In this document: in pieces, positions 38,307-51,279 of the stretch | How positions within the stretch are numbered: the first letter of the stretch is position 1 | Layout: the number at the start of each line of letters is the position of its first letter | Assembly: GCA_030324005.1 (NCBI GenBank) | Contig: JARDVH010000099.1 | Span: 50,995,765-51,059,764, forward strand | DNA length: 64,000 nucleotides | Direction: 5' to 3' | Source of the DNA: Negaprion brevirostris | Taxonomy: Eukaryota | Notes under the pieces: model-generated | The model's input: the letters and a program-made list of their open reading frames with translations, nothing else | What the model was told of the DNA's origin: nothing | Database searches by the model: none | Program-made: the position numbers and the translations under genes

Positions 38307-38312
38307 TTTAAT
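38307..38312 (-). terminator. possible proximal USH2A polyadenylation signal ATTAAA
   Basis: ATTAAA on - strand ~90 nt after the USH2A stop; an alternative AATAAA lies at 36391-36396. Confidence 0.25.
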
Positions 38313-38402
38313 TTTCAACACAAAGTATAGCCTAAAAACAAATATACATTAAACAATACTTTAAAGCATTTGAAGCTCCAGCATCATTTGTGATTATTCT
38401 TC

Positions 38403-38492
38403 TTACAGCTGAGTGTCTGTGAATATTGTGTGCTCTTTTGTAACTGAACTAAAGCCTTTAATTGACTCGAATAGTTCTTCATCATCTGGGTA
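38403..38492 (-). CDS. USH2A: USH2A terminal coding exon with PDZ-binding motif (not in ORF track)
   Basis: ttctcctccag| YPDDEELFESIKGFSSVTKEHTIFTDTQL*; human usherin ends ...DFSSVTKERTTFTDTHL*. Confidence 0.96.
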   Translation of the reverse strand, partial: YPDDEELFESIKGFSSVTKEHTIFTDTQL

Positions 38493-38789
38493 CTGGAGGA
38501 GAAATAAAAATCGCATTAGATAAGCATCATCCATTTACAACAACCACAAATGCTTGTACGGAATTAGACTTTCACTTAGGAAAATTGTATGGTTTGATGC
38601 ACATTGAAATCAATCGTTTAATAAAACAATTTTTTTCTATATTCAGACATTGATGGATCATTGTGTACCATGTATTGGATTACATAGTATAGACAGTGCA
38701 GAAACAGAGCATGCAACCCAACCAGTCCATACTGCCATTTATACTTTCAAGCCCCCCCTTCCATCTTTCTTAAACTAAATCTATCATCA

Positions 38790-39373
38790 CACTGGAATAC
38801 TGTGGTGAGTAACTCACCTCCTGATTCCCAAAGCCTATCTACCATCTACAAGGCACAAGTCAGGTGTATGATGGAATACTCCCCACTTGCTTGAATGGGT
38901 ACAGCTCCAACAACACTCAAGAAGCTTGATACCATCTAGGACAAAGCAGCCTGCTTGACTGGCACCACATCCACAAACATCCACTCCCTCCACCACCTAC
39001 ACTCTGTAGTAGCAGTGTGTACTATCTACAAGATGCATTGCAGTAATTCACCAAAGATCTTTATTCAGCACCTTCCAAACCCACTTTCACTTCCACCTAG
39101 AAGTATAAGGGCAGCAGTTACTTGGCAATACCACCTGCAAATTCCACTCCAAACCACTCACCATCCTGACTTGGAAATGTATCACCATTCCTTCGCAGTT
39201 GCTGGGTCAAAATCCTGCAATTCCCTCCCTAACAACATTGTGGGTCAACCCACAGCACATGGACTGAAGTGATTCAAATAGACGGCTTACCACCACCTTC
39301 TCAAGGGCAGCTAGGGATGGGCAATAAATGCTGGCCAACCAGTGACCTCCATGTCCCACAAATGAATAAAAAA
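38790..39373 (+). mobile_element. non-LTR LINE 3' fragment (CR1/L2 group) in the last USH2A intron
   Basis: encodes QSLSTIYKAQVRCMMEYSPLA*MGTAPTTLKKLDTI..., IHSLHH..VAAVCTIYKMHC; related copies at 42700-42945 and 56905-57485. Confidence 0.85.
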
Positions 39374-39897
39374 AGACCTTCATCTGCTTGTCTAGGTTCC
39401 CCTCCACCACCTACCCCCCCTCCCCCTGCCCCCTAGATTTATCTACTAAACTCTTCAGCCAGTCCCTATAGTAGCAAATTCCAAATCTTCACCACTCTTG
39501 AAACCAAGATGTTTCTTCTGAATTCCTTTTTGGATTTCTGGAAGATCTTGGCCTGAAATCTCCAATCAGAGTAGGAACCTTTGTGTCCTGCTTTGATCAG
39601 ACTGTAAATTACCCATTTACCTGTATCGGTTAAAGAGATCTCCAATAGAGAATCCGATACTGCAGTACAGTTGGATGGTAGGTCGAGTCTGAGGCTTGGG
39701 CAGAGGATTTAGGGGCTGGGGGGTTTGGGGAGTGGATAGTTAGACTAGGATTACTCTGTCTCACATTTGCTGAGTAACCGTTCATGTAAGCAAGTCAGAA
39801 TAGACTGAAGTCTTCATCATCAAATCCAAATCAAATTATTTTGCAGGGTCCTGGGGAGCCGTTTGACACAAGCTGTACATGCTTATGATTTAATTAC

Positions 39898-40113
39898 CAT
39901 TCCACTGTCACGACCCTGTCCAAGGGAGTCCCAAACTGAGTCTTCCATTAGGGATTTTCTGTCGTGGGTATCAATCAGCTGACTAATGCTGCGATGCAGG
40001 GAAGTCTGGGAACAGGTGTGCGTCAGCTGACTCTGGCTTGGCACACACAGCACTGAGATGTTGGAATTACTGACGTGAGATCCATGTCCTGTGATTTTTG
40101 TGTCTGTTAGTCC
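39898..40113 (-). CDS. USH2A: USH2A cytoplasmic-tail exon
   Basis: cctaag| GLTDTKI...VLCVPSQSQLTHTCSQTSLHRSISQLIDTHDRKSLMEDSVWD...DSGM |gtaatt; 216 nt, phase 0-0. Confidence 0.95.
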
Positions 40114-43100
40114 CTTAGGAATCAAGACAATTATTAATCATTACTATTAGTAATTGGCATTAGGTACTAGTAATACGATGCCATCATTTGAGGAACTGCA
40201 TGCATCAGTTTTGAACATGGCTTCATTTCCACTGCAACCAACTTTACCAAATTTATAGCACAACATTACTATTATGTAATGGAGAGCACACCAGATCACT
40301 GCATTCACACACATCATTATTGTCTACTGATTACTGATAAGCATTTACAACTATTGGAAACCAGATCATCAGTTAGATATATATAAAGCACTATTTCAAT
40401 GGGATGTAAATCAGGTGGGTTCTACATCTGCTTCATCAGATTGTAACCCAGGTATAGGAATTAACAATTACTCTTGTCTGCTTCTAAATGCTCTCATTAG
40501 CGTCAAACAATTTGATCAGGTTGCGAGGATCGGATTAGAGTTTCTCAGAACCAGTTTTTTTTTAAACGGTCCAACAGTTATTATTTTAAACCAAATTATT
40601 GGATTAATCAATGTTTGTGTAGGCTTCTCAGCAGGTCCGTGTGGTATGTTAGCATCTGTCCTGAAATATGGACAGCGGAACTTGGCTATCAGTTTCTGCT
40701 CAGCGACTGCACTGTCGTATCGTGAAAGCCGCCTTGGAGAACGTTTACCCGACGATCAGAGGCCGAATGTCAGAGAGCAGATGGCCTTGTTAGCCAGCTC
40801 AGAGTGCTCTAACCACAGAACAGCAATGTAGTATATCTGAAAGAGGTAGAGATGATGTAGAGATGCCAGCGTTGGACTGGGGTAGGCACAGTAAGAAGTC
40901 TNNNNNNNNNNNNNNNNNNNNNNNNNNNNNNNNNNNNNNNNNNNNNNNNNNNNNNNNNNNNNNNNNNNNNNNNNNNNNNNNNNNNNNNNNNNNNNNNNNN
41001 NNNNNNNNNNNNNNNNNNNNNNNNNNNNNNNNNNNNNNNNNNNNNNNNNNNNNNNNNNNNNNNNNNNNNNNNNNNNNNNNNNNNNNNNNNNNNNNNNNNN
41101 NNNNNNNNNNNNNNNNNNNNNNNNNNNNNNNNNNNNNNNNNNNNNNNNNNNNNNNNNNNNNNNNNNNNNNNNNNNNNNNNNNNNNNNNNNNNNNNNNNNN
41201 NNNNNNNNNNNNNNNNNNNNNNNNNNNNNNNNNNNNNNNNNNNNNNNNNNNNNNNNNNNNNNNNNNNNNNNNNNNNNNNNNNNNNNNNNNNNNNNNNNNN
41301 NNNNNNNNNNNNNNNNNNNNNNNNNNNNNNNNNNNNNNNNNNNNNNNNNNNNNNNNNNNNNNNNNNNNNNNNNNNNNNNNNNNNNNNNNNNNNNNNNNNN
41401 NNNNNNNNNNNNNNNNNNNNNNNNNNNNNNNNNNNNNNNNNNNNNNNNNNNNNNNNNNNNNNNNNNNNNNNNNNNNNNNNNNNNNNNNNNNNNNNNNNNN
41501 NNNNNNNNNNNNNNNNNNNNNNNNNNNNNNNNNNNNNNNNNNNNNNNNNNNNNNNNNNNNNNNNNNNNNNNNNNNNNNNNNNNNNNNNNNNNNNNNNNNN
41601 NNNNNNNNNNNNNNNNNNNNNNNNNNNNNNNNNNNNNNNNNNNNNNNNNNNNNNNNNNNNNNNNNNNNNCCGGGAAACAGGCCCTTCGGCCCAACGAGCC
41701 TGCGCCGCCATCTCAACACCACCAGTCCCCCTCTTACTGAAACAGGTGGAGGCAGAGAACTAGAGGGCACTGTTGGCTGTTACTATCATTGGTAGTACCA
41801 CAAGTGTGCCACGTAGTAGCTGTGGGTATCCTTGCAGCAGGCGATACAACTCTGTTACTGCCTTCCTGATGCTTTTTGCTCACAGTTCCAGCTATAAATA
41901 TAACTGAGTGGATGCAATCTGGCTGTTTTACAGCCTAACCAGCCTGGAATCCCTCTGTTGCTCCTCTATACAACATAATTAAAGAACAATTCCACTTCGT
42001 TAACCTCTTGTCTCAATATAATAGACAGTTTCAAAATACCAGAGTGCCAGTTGGCACAATGCTTTCTGAACAATTAGCGCTGATCTGGTTAAAGGAATTG
42101 AGAGTCAACAAAAGTGCCAAAACTGTCTTGAAGTGCAGCAACAAATCTTTATATCCGAGTTCCTTCATTTCACTTCATAATGCAATACAGAGATCACGAG
42201 TATCCCATTTTATGGCTCATATAATTGCAGTGAAAATGTTCAGAAATTGGACATATAATTACATAATAGGGACCTCATTTAAGTATTGGAATTTATAAAT
42301 TGGTGGGCCCTCCTGATGTCACAAGAAGAAACAGGGAAATGAAATGGGGCATTAAGATAACCAAGGTCTGGTGTAACCGATTGCTGTACATGCTTGTAAC
42401 CAGTTCACACTAATTACACCCATGTGTAACTGATCAGAAAATATATTTAATGTTTATTCGGTTACGAGGAATCTCTTTACCTGTGACAGACACCTGAGAA
42501 ATGTGCAGAAGTATACATGTCAAACTAAATGTCTCTAACTCAGATTTGAAAAGAATAATGAAAGTATTCTCAGGTTGTTGGACAGATCTTAGAAGCGATG
42601 GAAAGAAACCAAGGCTTCCACCCCTCTTGTTTTCCAGTTGGGACACTGTGATAATATTTTGTGTATTTTTGTTTACTACTAATCATCATAATCTGTTGAT
42701 TATTCATTGAACACAAATGCCAGGCAATGACCATTAGCAATAAGAGACACCGGCTTTTCACATTCAAAGGTGTAATGGTCACTGAACCACCTACTGCTAA
42801 CATCCTTGGGGTTATCATTGACCAGCAGCTCAACTGGACTCACCACATAAGCACAATGGCTACAGGAGCAGGTCAGAGGCAAGGAATACTATGGCGAGTA
42901 ACTCACTTTCTTACTCCCCAAAGCCTATCCTTCTACAAGGCACAAGTATATATTAATGACTTGGAAGAGGGGGTAGGTGGTGTGATCAGCAAATTTGCTG
43001 ATGACACTAAGATGGTTGGATNNNNNNNNNNNNNNNNNNNNNNNNNNNNNNNNNNNNNNNNNNNNNNNNNNNNNNNNNNNNNNNNNNNNNNNNNNNNNNN

Positions 43101-43269
43101 NNNNNNNNNNNNNNNNNNNNNAACAGGTTTTTAACAGGTAATTTCTTATCTGTCTCTCTGCTCCTTCACTCATCTGCTCCAGCAAACAATGGAAGGCTGT
43201 GCCCCTTTTGTTTATTAGAAATATGTTTATCTCCCTCTTGAAATCATTCAATGAATGCAATACAAATCA

Positions 43270-43920
43270 ATGCATTTTCTGAATGATGTGGAACTAAGGA
43301 CAGTAAATGAACAAAGAGATTGGAGTCCAAGTACACAAATCCTTAAAAAATAAAGCAGTGAATAGGTACAAAAACAATCAGAAGGTCTAATGGAATGTTG
43401 ACCATTATCCAAGGGGATTGGAGTACAAAGGAAATGAAGTAATGCTTTGGTTGCTTAAAGCATTGTTAAAACCCCATCCGAAGCAATGTGTTCCATTCTC
43501 AGCAGGCGTCACACCCGGGGAAGGATATACTGGCTCCAGAGTGGGTGCAGCATGAATTCACCCTAATAATACCAGAGCATAGATTGTTCAGCTATGAGGA
43601 TAGGCTGCATAAGATTGACTAATATTCTTTTTAAGAATAGGTGATTGAGGGGGTGATATGATTGTGGTGTTAAAAACATTAAGAGTTATGTAGGTAGATA
43701 TGGAAAATTGATTAAAATTATAGCCAGTCCATTCAGGTGCAAAACCAGAAAGCAATTTTTTTTGGAACTCTCTCCCCAACAGAGGATGTTGAGCATGTTG
43801 GGGTAATTGGAACATTCAATACTGGGATAGTTATATTGTTGTTAGGCATTGATCTACATGAATGGTGGGGACTCAAGGGCTAAATAGCCTAATCCTGATC
43901 CCACTGTACCTATGTTCTTA
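43270..43920 (+). mobile_element. old CR1 fragment
   Basis: degenerate ORF2 C-terminus and tail ...cctatgttctta. Confidence 0.6.
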
Positions 43921-43929
43921 ATGCTAATA

Positions 43930-44215
43930 AAGTTTAAAGTTTATTTATTATTGTCATGACTAGCCTTACATTAACACTGCGATGAAGTTAGTGTAAAAAT
44001 TCCCTAGTCGCCACACTCTGGTGCCTGTTCAGGTACACTGAAGGAGAATTTCACATGGCCAATGCACATAACCAGTACATGTTTTGGACTGTGGGAAGAA
44101 ACCAGAACACCTGGAGGAAACCCACGCAGGCACAGGGAGAACGTGCCGGCTCCGCACAGACAGTGACCCAAGCCGGGAACTGAACCCAGGTTCCTGGTGT
44201 TGTGGGGCAGCAGTG
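43930..44215 (-). mobile_element. V-SINE, alternative tail type
   Basis: reverse complement of head, V-domain and gactagggaatttttacac...aataaataaac tail; partial copy at 44885-45030. Confidence 0.85.
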
Positions 44216-46617
44216 CAAAAGGAACTTGTATGTGTATATCATTTCTCACATTTTTAGGATATGCACTTCTTTAAATAGTAGTACTGGAATTTTATTTGAG
44301 AGGGCTGACTAGGTCTTGGTTCCTTTAACAGTATCACACTCCCTTGCTGCGACTTTGCCCAGATTATTTGCCGATTTTTCACGGACTTGGGAACGCTTTG
44401 CAGACCTTTAAAGATGGTTGGTAAGACCAGATGTGGAAGTCCCATTCTCATTTCTGAGAGATCCCATTATGTTGTAAAGGGGACAGGGACAGGATGCATT
44501 CACATATGTGGGAAACCCCAACTCAGCTGGGCCAAATAAACCCAGTGTTGAATTTAAATAGGCATCACTCTTGCTGCAGCAAAGGTTTTAATCACATAGT
44601 GCATGAGTCAGGAATTTATGGAGGTGATATAAATACTCGTGAAGGGAGTAAGTTCTGTGGAGGTGTCATGTTCTGAAATTATTTAAATTCAAAGTTCTTT
44701 AAAAACAAAATAAAGTGGAACGAGAGTTGAAAATATTTGCTCTATCTGTTTTAATAGCTGTTTGCTGTTGAGACTTTCATTATTAATATTTGACTGCTTT
44801 CCACAAATTACAATTATTTGAGCAGAAGGTTGTGAGTTCACAGCTTGATTGACAATTCAAATAGTTTATTAAAAGACTAACTAAAAGTAAAGTAAAGTTT
44901 ATTTATTAGTTACAAGCAGGCCTACATTCACACTGCACTGTAAAAATTCCATAGTTGCCACATTCTGGCATCTGTTCAGGTATACTGAGGGAGAATTTAG
45001 CATGGCTAATGTACCTAACCACCACATCTTTGATGTGGGATTGTGAATAAGAATATGGTTGGTTTTGTAAGGAATTAAGTACTTGAGAATTTTTAAAGAT
45101 TTTGATTGAGCTTCCATGAATGGGAGGTTTTCTACTGTGATAAGGCTGTAACAGATTTTTTACTTAATTTCATCTCAATATGGCTCTTGAGCTTTACCCA
45201 TAGTGGATACTGAGTGATGCAAGGGCACATGTTGGTACTTGAAGTAATGAGCTGACATTAAGTTGTCATGCGAGCTAAGGGGTAGTGGGGGCCATGGGTT
45301 GGGATGGATGGATGGAGCATGGGAAGTGGGTGAGGGGTGTGAGGGGTGAGGGGTGAGAGGGCATAGTATATCACAAAACAACAATGACAAAGTCCTAGGG
45401 AACTGAGGCAGGCCTTTTAAATACCCCACCATTGCACTCAGTAGCCCTGACGGTCATCATGATCGACAACTGCGAGCAATGCATCCACCCACCTTTTGGA
45501 ATGAAAATTGTGTCAGATGTGGCACATTTTCCCAACTTGCAATATCTATCTCAGGATTGAAAATCCTGTTCTGTATTTAAGTGTTAAGGGATATAACCCC
45601 ACAATGTTTGATTCAGCTATAAAAGAACATAAGGAATTGGAACAGGAGTAGACCATACCAAACCTGTTCTTCCATTCAATACAACCAGTCAACCAATGCA
45701 GCATCTTACATACTAATGTAGGGCCAAGTAATATACAGGCATTTGGCTCGGNNNNNNNNNNNNNNNNNNNNNNNNNNNNNNNNACTGCACTGAGCTATCC
45801 AATTATTAAATCAGGGTGATTTACATGTGCTCTTGTTTAGTAACTATTTATCAAACCTAGTTTCACTTATGGAGGAGAACTGGATGGATGATCTATCCAT
45901 TTAGAGTAGGAAATATATTCTGATGAAATTTATAAACATCTAAAAAAAAGAAATGGCAAATACTTTTCTACGACGACAATGCCTATCGCTGAGGCTCTAA
46001 ACTCTGCATGCACTGCATTCAAGACAAAGTCATGCAGTCATCAGGCTCCATTGAGCTGTCACACTGCAGGCCACAAACNNNNNNNNNNCGCAATAGCATC
46101 AAACTGGGAAGAGAAGAAGAGTTTAACATTGCATACATGTAACGCAAGAGCAAAATCATGAGCGATCTGGACAGAGTAGATCAGGAGAAACTGTTCCCAC
46201 TGTGGAAGAAATGGGAACTAGAGGACATCAGTTTAGGGCCAAAGTACCAAAGGTGACATGAAGGCAAATATCTTAACAGAGCAAATGATTAGGATCTGGA
46301 ATGTATTGTTGAGGGGTGTGCTGGAGGCTGATCCAATCATGGCTTTCAAAAGTGAATTGAATCATTAGCTGAAGAAAATAATGCAGGCTACGAGGGAAGG
46401 TCAGCGGGGTGGGACCAGCTGAGTTATTCTTACAGGCACAAACATGATGGACTGAAAGTCTTCCTTCTATATTGTAACTATTCTATAATTCTTGATAAGA
46501 TGGTGCAGTCAGTAAATGTGGAGTGTGCCAATCAAATTATTTGCTTCGATACAAAACCTTGAATTCTCAAAGTGCATTCCTACCATGTAGATAGACAACT
46601 TGATTTTTTTGTCACAT

Positions 46618-46930
46618 GATCATAGAATCCCTACATTGCAGAAGGAGGCCATTTGGCCCATCGAGCCTGCACCAACAACAATCACACCCAAACACTAGCC
46701 CCATACTCTCATGTCTTTACCCTACTAAACCCCCTGGAAGGAAGGGACAATTTGGCATGGGCAATCCACTTAACCAGCATATCTTTGTACTGTGGGAGGG
46801 AACCAGAGCGCCCAGAAGAAACCCACGCAGAAACAGGGAGAACGTGTAATCTCCAAACCCCAAGGCTGGAATTGAACCTGGCTCCCTGGTGGTGTGAGGC
46901 AGCAATGCTAACCATTTTGCCACCATGCCA
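46618..46930 (-). mobile_element. HE1-like V-SINE
   Basis: catagaatccctaca tail, V-domain, tRNA-like head. Confidence 0.85.
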
Positions 46931-47241
46931 AAGGATACGATAATAATTCCATGAGAGAGGTATTTATAGGCATCAAACTAACGTGACTCTAAAAATGTTG
47001 GCAACCAATTCTGTTAATTTTAGGTAATGTTTAAAATCACTTGATTCCACGGAATAGAAGGGGAGAAAAGTAAGAAATAATTTTCTCTATGCCTCGAACC
47101 TTGCAAATTGCACATGACACCACAGTAGTGAAAAACCAATATATTGTTAACAAAATTGGAAGTCTTGATAATGCAGCTTTACTTTTCAGAAGGGCCACAC
47201 TTACCCCCGGCACTGCTTTCTCAATAAATAAAGACACTTAC

Positions 47242-47346
47242 CCTCTGTGTGGGCCCTTGTTCCACTTGTGGAATAGATACAAAAGGAACATGCAATGTTG
47301 TTACATTAGAATGCTGGTCACAGGCATTATCAGCACTAGAGTTTGT
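47242..47346 (-). CDS. USH2A: candidate alternatively spliced USH2A cytoplasmic cassette exon (35 aa)
   Basis: long polypyrimidine tract + caag|, |gtaagt donor, 105 nt, stop-free, phase 0-0; TNSSADNACDQHSNVTTLHVPFVSIPQVEQGPTQR. Confidence 0.6.
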
Positions 47347-47460
47347 CTTGACCAGGAAACATTACAGAATAAATGGAGAGAGAAAGGAAAGAAAAAATAG
47401 CTGAAATTAAAGTGTGAATAGAGTTTAGGTAAGAATTCAATCTAGGCAGAATATTTGAAG

Positions 47461-47714
47461 GAATCATAGAATCCCTACAGTGCAGAAGGATGCCATTCAG
47501 CCCATCAAGTCTGCACTGACCACAATCCCGCCCAGGCCCTATTCCCCTAACCCCACATATTTACCCTGCTAACCTTCTGACACTACGGTCAATTTAGCAT
47601 GGCCAATCCACCTAACTCACACACCTTTGGACAGTGGAGGGAAACCAGAGCACCTGGAGGAAACCCACACAAACAGGGGGAGAACATGCAAACTCCACCC
47701 AGACAGTGATCTGA
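47461..47714 (-). mobile_element. HE1-like V-SINE (head in gap)
   Basis: gaatcatagaatccctacagtgcagaagg tail and V-domain. Confidence 0.85.
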
Positions 47715-49609
47715 NNNNNNNNNNNNNNNNNNNNNNNNNNNNNNNNNNNNNNNNNNNNNNNNNNNNNNNNNNNNNNNNNNNNNNNNNNNNNNNNNNNNNN
47801 NNNNNNNNNNNNNNNNNNNNNNNNNNNNNNNNNNNNNNNNNNNNNNNNNNNNNNNNNNNNNNNNNNNNNNNNNNNNNNNNNNNNNNNNNNNNNNNNNNNN
47901 NNNNNNNNNNNNNNNNNNNNNNNNNNNNNNNNNNNNNNNNNNNNNNNNNNNNNNNNNNNNNNNNNNNNNNNNNNNNNNNNNNNNNNNNNNNNNNNNNNNN
48001 NNNNNNNNNNNNNNNNNNNNNNNNNNNNNNNNNNNNNNNNNNNNNNNNNNNNNNNNNNNNNNNNNNNNNNNNNNNNNNNNNNNNNNNNNNNNNNNNNNNN
48101 NNNNNNNNNNNNNNNNNNNNNNNNNNNNNNNNNNNNNNNNNNNNNNNNNNNNNNNNNNNNNNNNNNNNNNNNNNNNNNNNNNNNNNNNNNNNNNNNNNNN
48201 NNNNNNNNNNNNNNNNNNNNNNNNNNNNNNNNNNNNNNNNNNNNNNNNNNNNNNNNNNNNNNNNNNNNNNNNNNNNNNNNNNNNNNNNNNNNNNNNNNNN
48301 NNNNNNNNNNNNNNNNNNNNNNNNNNNNNNNNNNNNNNNNNNNNNNNNNNNNNNNNNNNNNNNNNNNNNNNNNNNNNNNNNNNNNNNNNNNNNNNNNNNN
48401 NNNNNNNNNNNNNNNNNNNNNNNNNNNNNNNNNNNNNNNNNNNNNNNNNNNNNNNNNNNNNNNNNNNNNNNNNNNNNNNNNNNTATTGTTGAGAAAGAAA
48501 ACAAAATAAAGCAGTAGATTGGGATATCTTAAATGTCATCTGTAACAATAGTGGATCTTGACTATGTTGAACTTAACTGAGCTTTATATCAGGTACACTT
48601 AGAGATTTCTTCAGGATTCGAGACAAATGTGTGAACAACAATGGAAGCATCAGATACAAGTCTGGAAGTCTGCACCGTTAAATAGAATGATGACAAACTC
48701 AAGGTAAATGTTTATGATTCTGATAGACACAAAGCAAATCACTGTGATGAATTTTCTCAAAGTGTCCCTCAGTCTGCTGCCAAAACTTTGGCAGAAAGGT
48801 GGTGGGAAATCTCTTTACTCTTCAAAAGGAGAATTTCTGTGACATTTTTTTGAAGCTATATCGGAGGAGTAGAAGATGCTCTGAGCAAATTCACCTGCAT
48901 TATCTTACGAGAGGATTTCATATTTATTTATTTTTTTCTTTGGGCCAAATCTTTCCAAAGACTTGTTTGGTCTTTTTGTTGTTCAGTAGTACACGGTACA
49001 ATTGTTCGCGCTATTTTGACTTTGGGCAGACCTTGCTTTTCTTTTGTAAAGAATGCTAAAATCGCAAATCTAACACTTCCTGATGACAGAGTTTATAAAA
49101 ACATTGCCTGATACGCCATTAACATATGATTGTGTCTAAGTTTATGCTGAATTACAGGGTCTCACCTAATGTAGCAGTCAGGTGCTGCAAGTGGAAAAGG
49201 TCCAGGTCTATTAAGAGAAAAAGTCAGTTCCTATTCCTGATTGCTATCCAGTGATCTCTACTAGAAAATATACATAAGGAGACATTGGAGGAGTACAGGG
49301 TACATGGTTTTAATGTAACATCCCCCGCCCCCCGTGATGGCATAGCTTGCCATCACTTCCTGTCAAGGCTTAAGGTAAATGGTTAGACAAGCAGCTCTTG
49401 ACATTTCACTCCAGCTAAAGTCAGTAAGGTTAAGGGAAGGCAAAAATTGAAGGAAAAAGAAATAGCAAGGGTACATCCCAAATCACTACAGAATAATGAA
49501 CATTATGGAATGATCACTTTGGGAAATGAAGTGAAATTCTAGCTGTGCCGAATGCTTTGCGTCTTTATAATTTATGGTTGATAATAACAAAAGACTGCCA
49601 AAAACTTAC

Positions 49610-49839
49610 CATGAAGGATTCATTGGGCAGGTTAGTTTTCTTCTGCAGTGGAATTAATGGAGGCCTCTCTCGTTTGTATGGTTGTTTATTTATTGCCTTT
49701 TGTAGGAGGATGGCCAAGAATATAGCCACAAACAGCAACCCAAGAACCGCCATGATTATAATGAACCATAATTCATTGTAGAATGGAGTATTTGATTGTA
49801 ATACTCCTGTTTTCTCCTCAACAACTGGTATTATTGAAC
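49610..49839 (-). CDS. USH2A: USH2A transmembrane exon
   Basis: ttttaaag| ...FYNELWFIIIMAVLGLLFVAIFLAILLQKAINKQPYKRERPPLIPLQK...M |gtaagt; TM helix plus the usherin RERPPL motif; 230 nt. Confidence 0.97.
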
Positions 49840-50998
49840 CTTTAAAACAAATAAAAGACATGAACACATCCTGAAAATCATTGTAAAACTCTTACAGCTG
49901 TATTTAATATGCCCTGTCATGGTGAGAAACATGAGGGCCCAGGTAATTGCAGAATGGCCCCACATCAGCCTAATCTCCATTAATTATGGCAGAGGCTGAA
50001 AGGAACAGACCTGAGATTCTCAGCCATCAACATTGAGATGTCAATTGGACTCAATAGTGAACCAATTGACTCCCAATGTTCCCCAAACCACTGCAATTCA
50101 ATGGTACTTTAGTACCTCAGGGATGTAACAGGATCCTGGCAGCTATCCTGTGCCCTCAGAGGCTGCCAAACAGGCCTGAAAGAGGAAGGGGGTGGGGCTT
50201 CAGTTAAAGGACCCAGCATTATAAAAGGTGAGGCCTGAGGAAAGCCACTCCCCTGCTCCCAATTCCCACATTCCCTGTCCCATGACCCCCATTCTGCCCT
50301 CCCTCACCTTTGGTCTGGGGTTCCAGGACTTTCCGTGGGCCTCTGGTGGGTGTATTGCTGCCAGCAGGCACTGGTCCCACTGGTGAAGGCCTCCGATTGC
50401 CTAGCAGCTCTTGGCAGGTGAGACGTCGGCTGTGAGCTCCCCAATCACAGGGGGAGGTCTAAAGGATACTTGATTCCATCAGGCCACTGAGCTGATGGGT
50501 GTTCCAACTGGTTGTGCAACCAGTGAGAGAAGCAACTGCTGACCCCATAAAATCCAATCTTTGGTTTTTTTTTAAGATCGTGGGTTTAAAAAGGAGATGC
50601 ATATATTAGAGCTTCGTCCCTTTCATTCTACTTTTGAAAAATAAGAGCCTTCTTATTGATTAGATATATACATGGTAACAATTTTTGTAATATTTTTTAA
50701 CTTTTAGGGGCCCTTCAATAATTAATCTGTCACAGATCTCAGCATGGATATTTTTTAATCTTAACTCTTGCATCTAAACATTCCATTTTAAAGAAATGTT
50801 GGTCCAAGTTCTCCCTCACCCCTTTCTTACACAGAATGGCTGAATGAAATCAGAGACACATGAAACCTTTATTCATTAGCCATGCTATCTATGAGAAATC
50901 TGATGTTTTAATTCCACTTTTAAGCATGCACATGCATGTTTAAATTGTTCCAAAACAGGGGTTGCTAATTATATGGTTTTTACTGAAGAAAAGACCGT

Positions 50999-51171
50999 GG
51001 GCAAGATTTCCCAATCTCCCAGTCGTGTGTTTCCGGGTGGCGGAAGGCAGCATGCTGTTCCCTGGCTGCCGCTGTCAATGGGATTTCCCATTGATGTAAC
51101 CCATGCTGCCTCGAAACCGACAGGCAGCACTGGAGAATCCAGTTGGTGTGAATGGTCGGAGAGTTCTGGCC
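50999..51171. mobile_element. MITE (same family as 11987-12178)
   Basis: gggcaagatttccc ... ggagagttctggcc; internal ctgtcaatgggatttccca shared. Confidence 0.6.
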
Positions 51172-51279
51172 TGTAAATTGGGGGATAATTTTTACATTAT
51201 GTGCCACTGGGCGTTACATTGCTATGGTGTGTATAGGCTCTCAGCAGACAGTATTAAACCATTGTAAATTATTCTACCT

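Noticed and set aside
41670-41735. Two short GC-rich elements (also 7322) appearing to share a 5' end, suggesting a mini-SINE
   Set aside because: The 7322 copy seems to continue in CR1-like sequence, so both are better explained as truncated CR1 tails.
46566-46577. - strand ATGCACTTTGAG (MHFE), like the end of the mammalian usherin inner-ear exon
   Set aside because: No GT donor follows and the upstream codons do not match; chance 12-mer.
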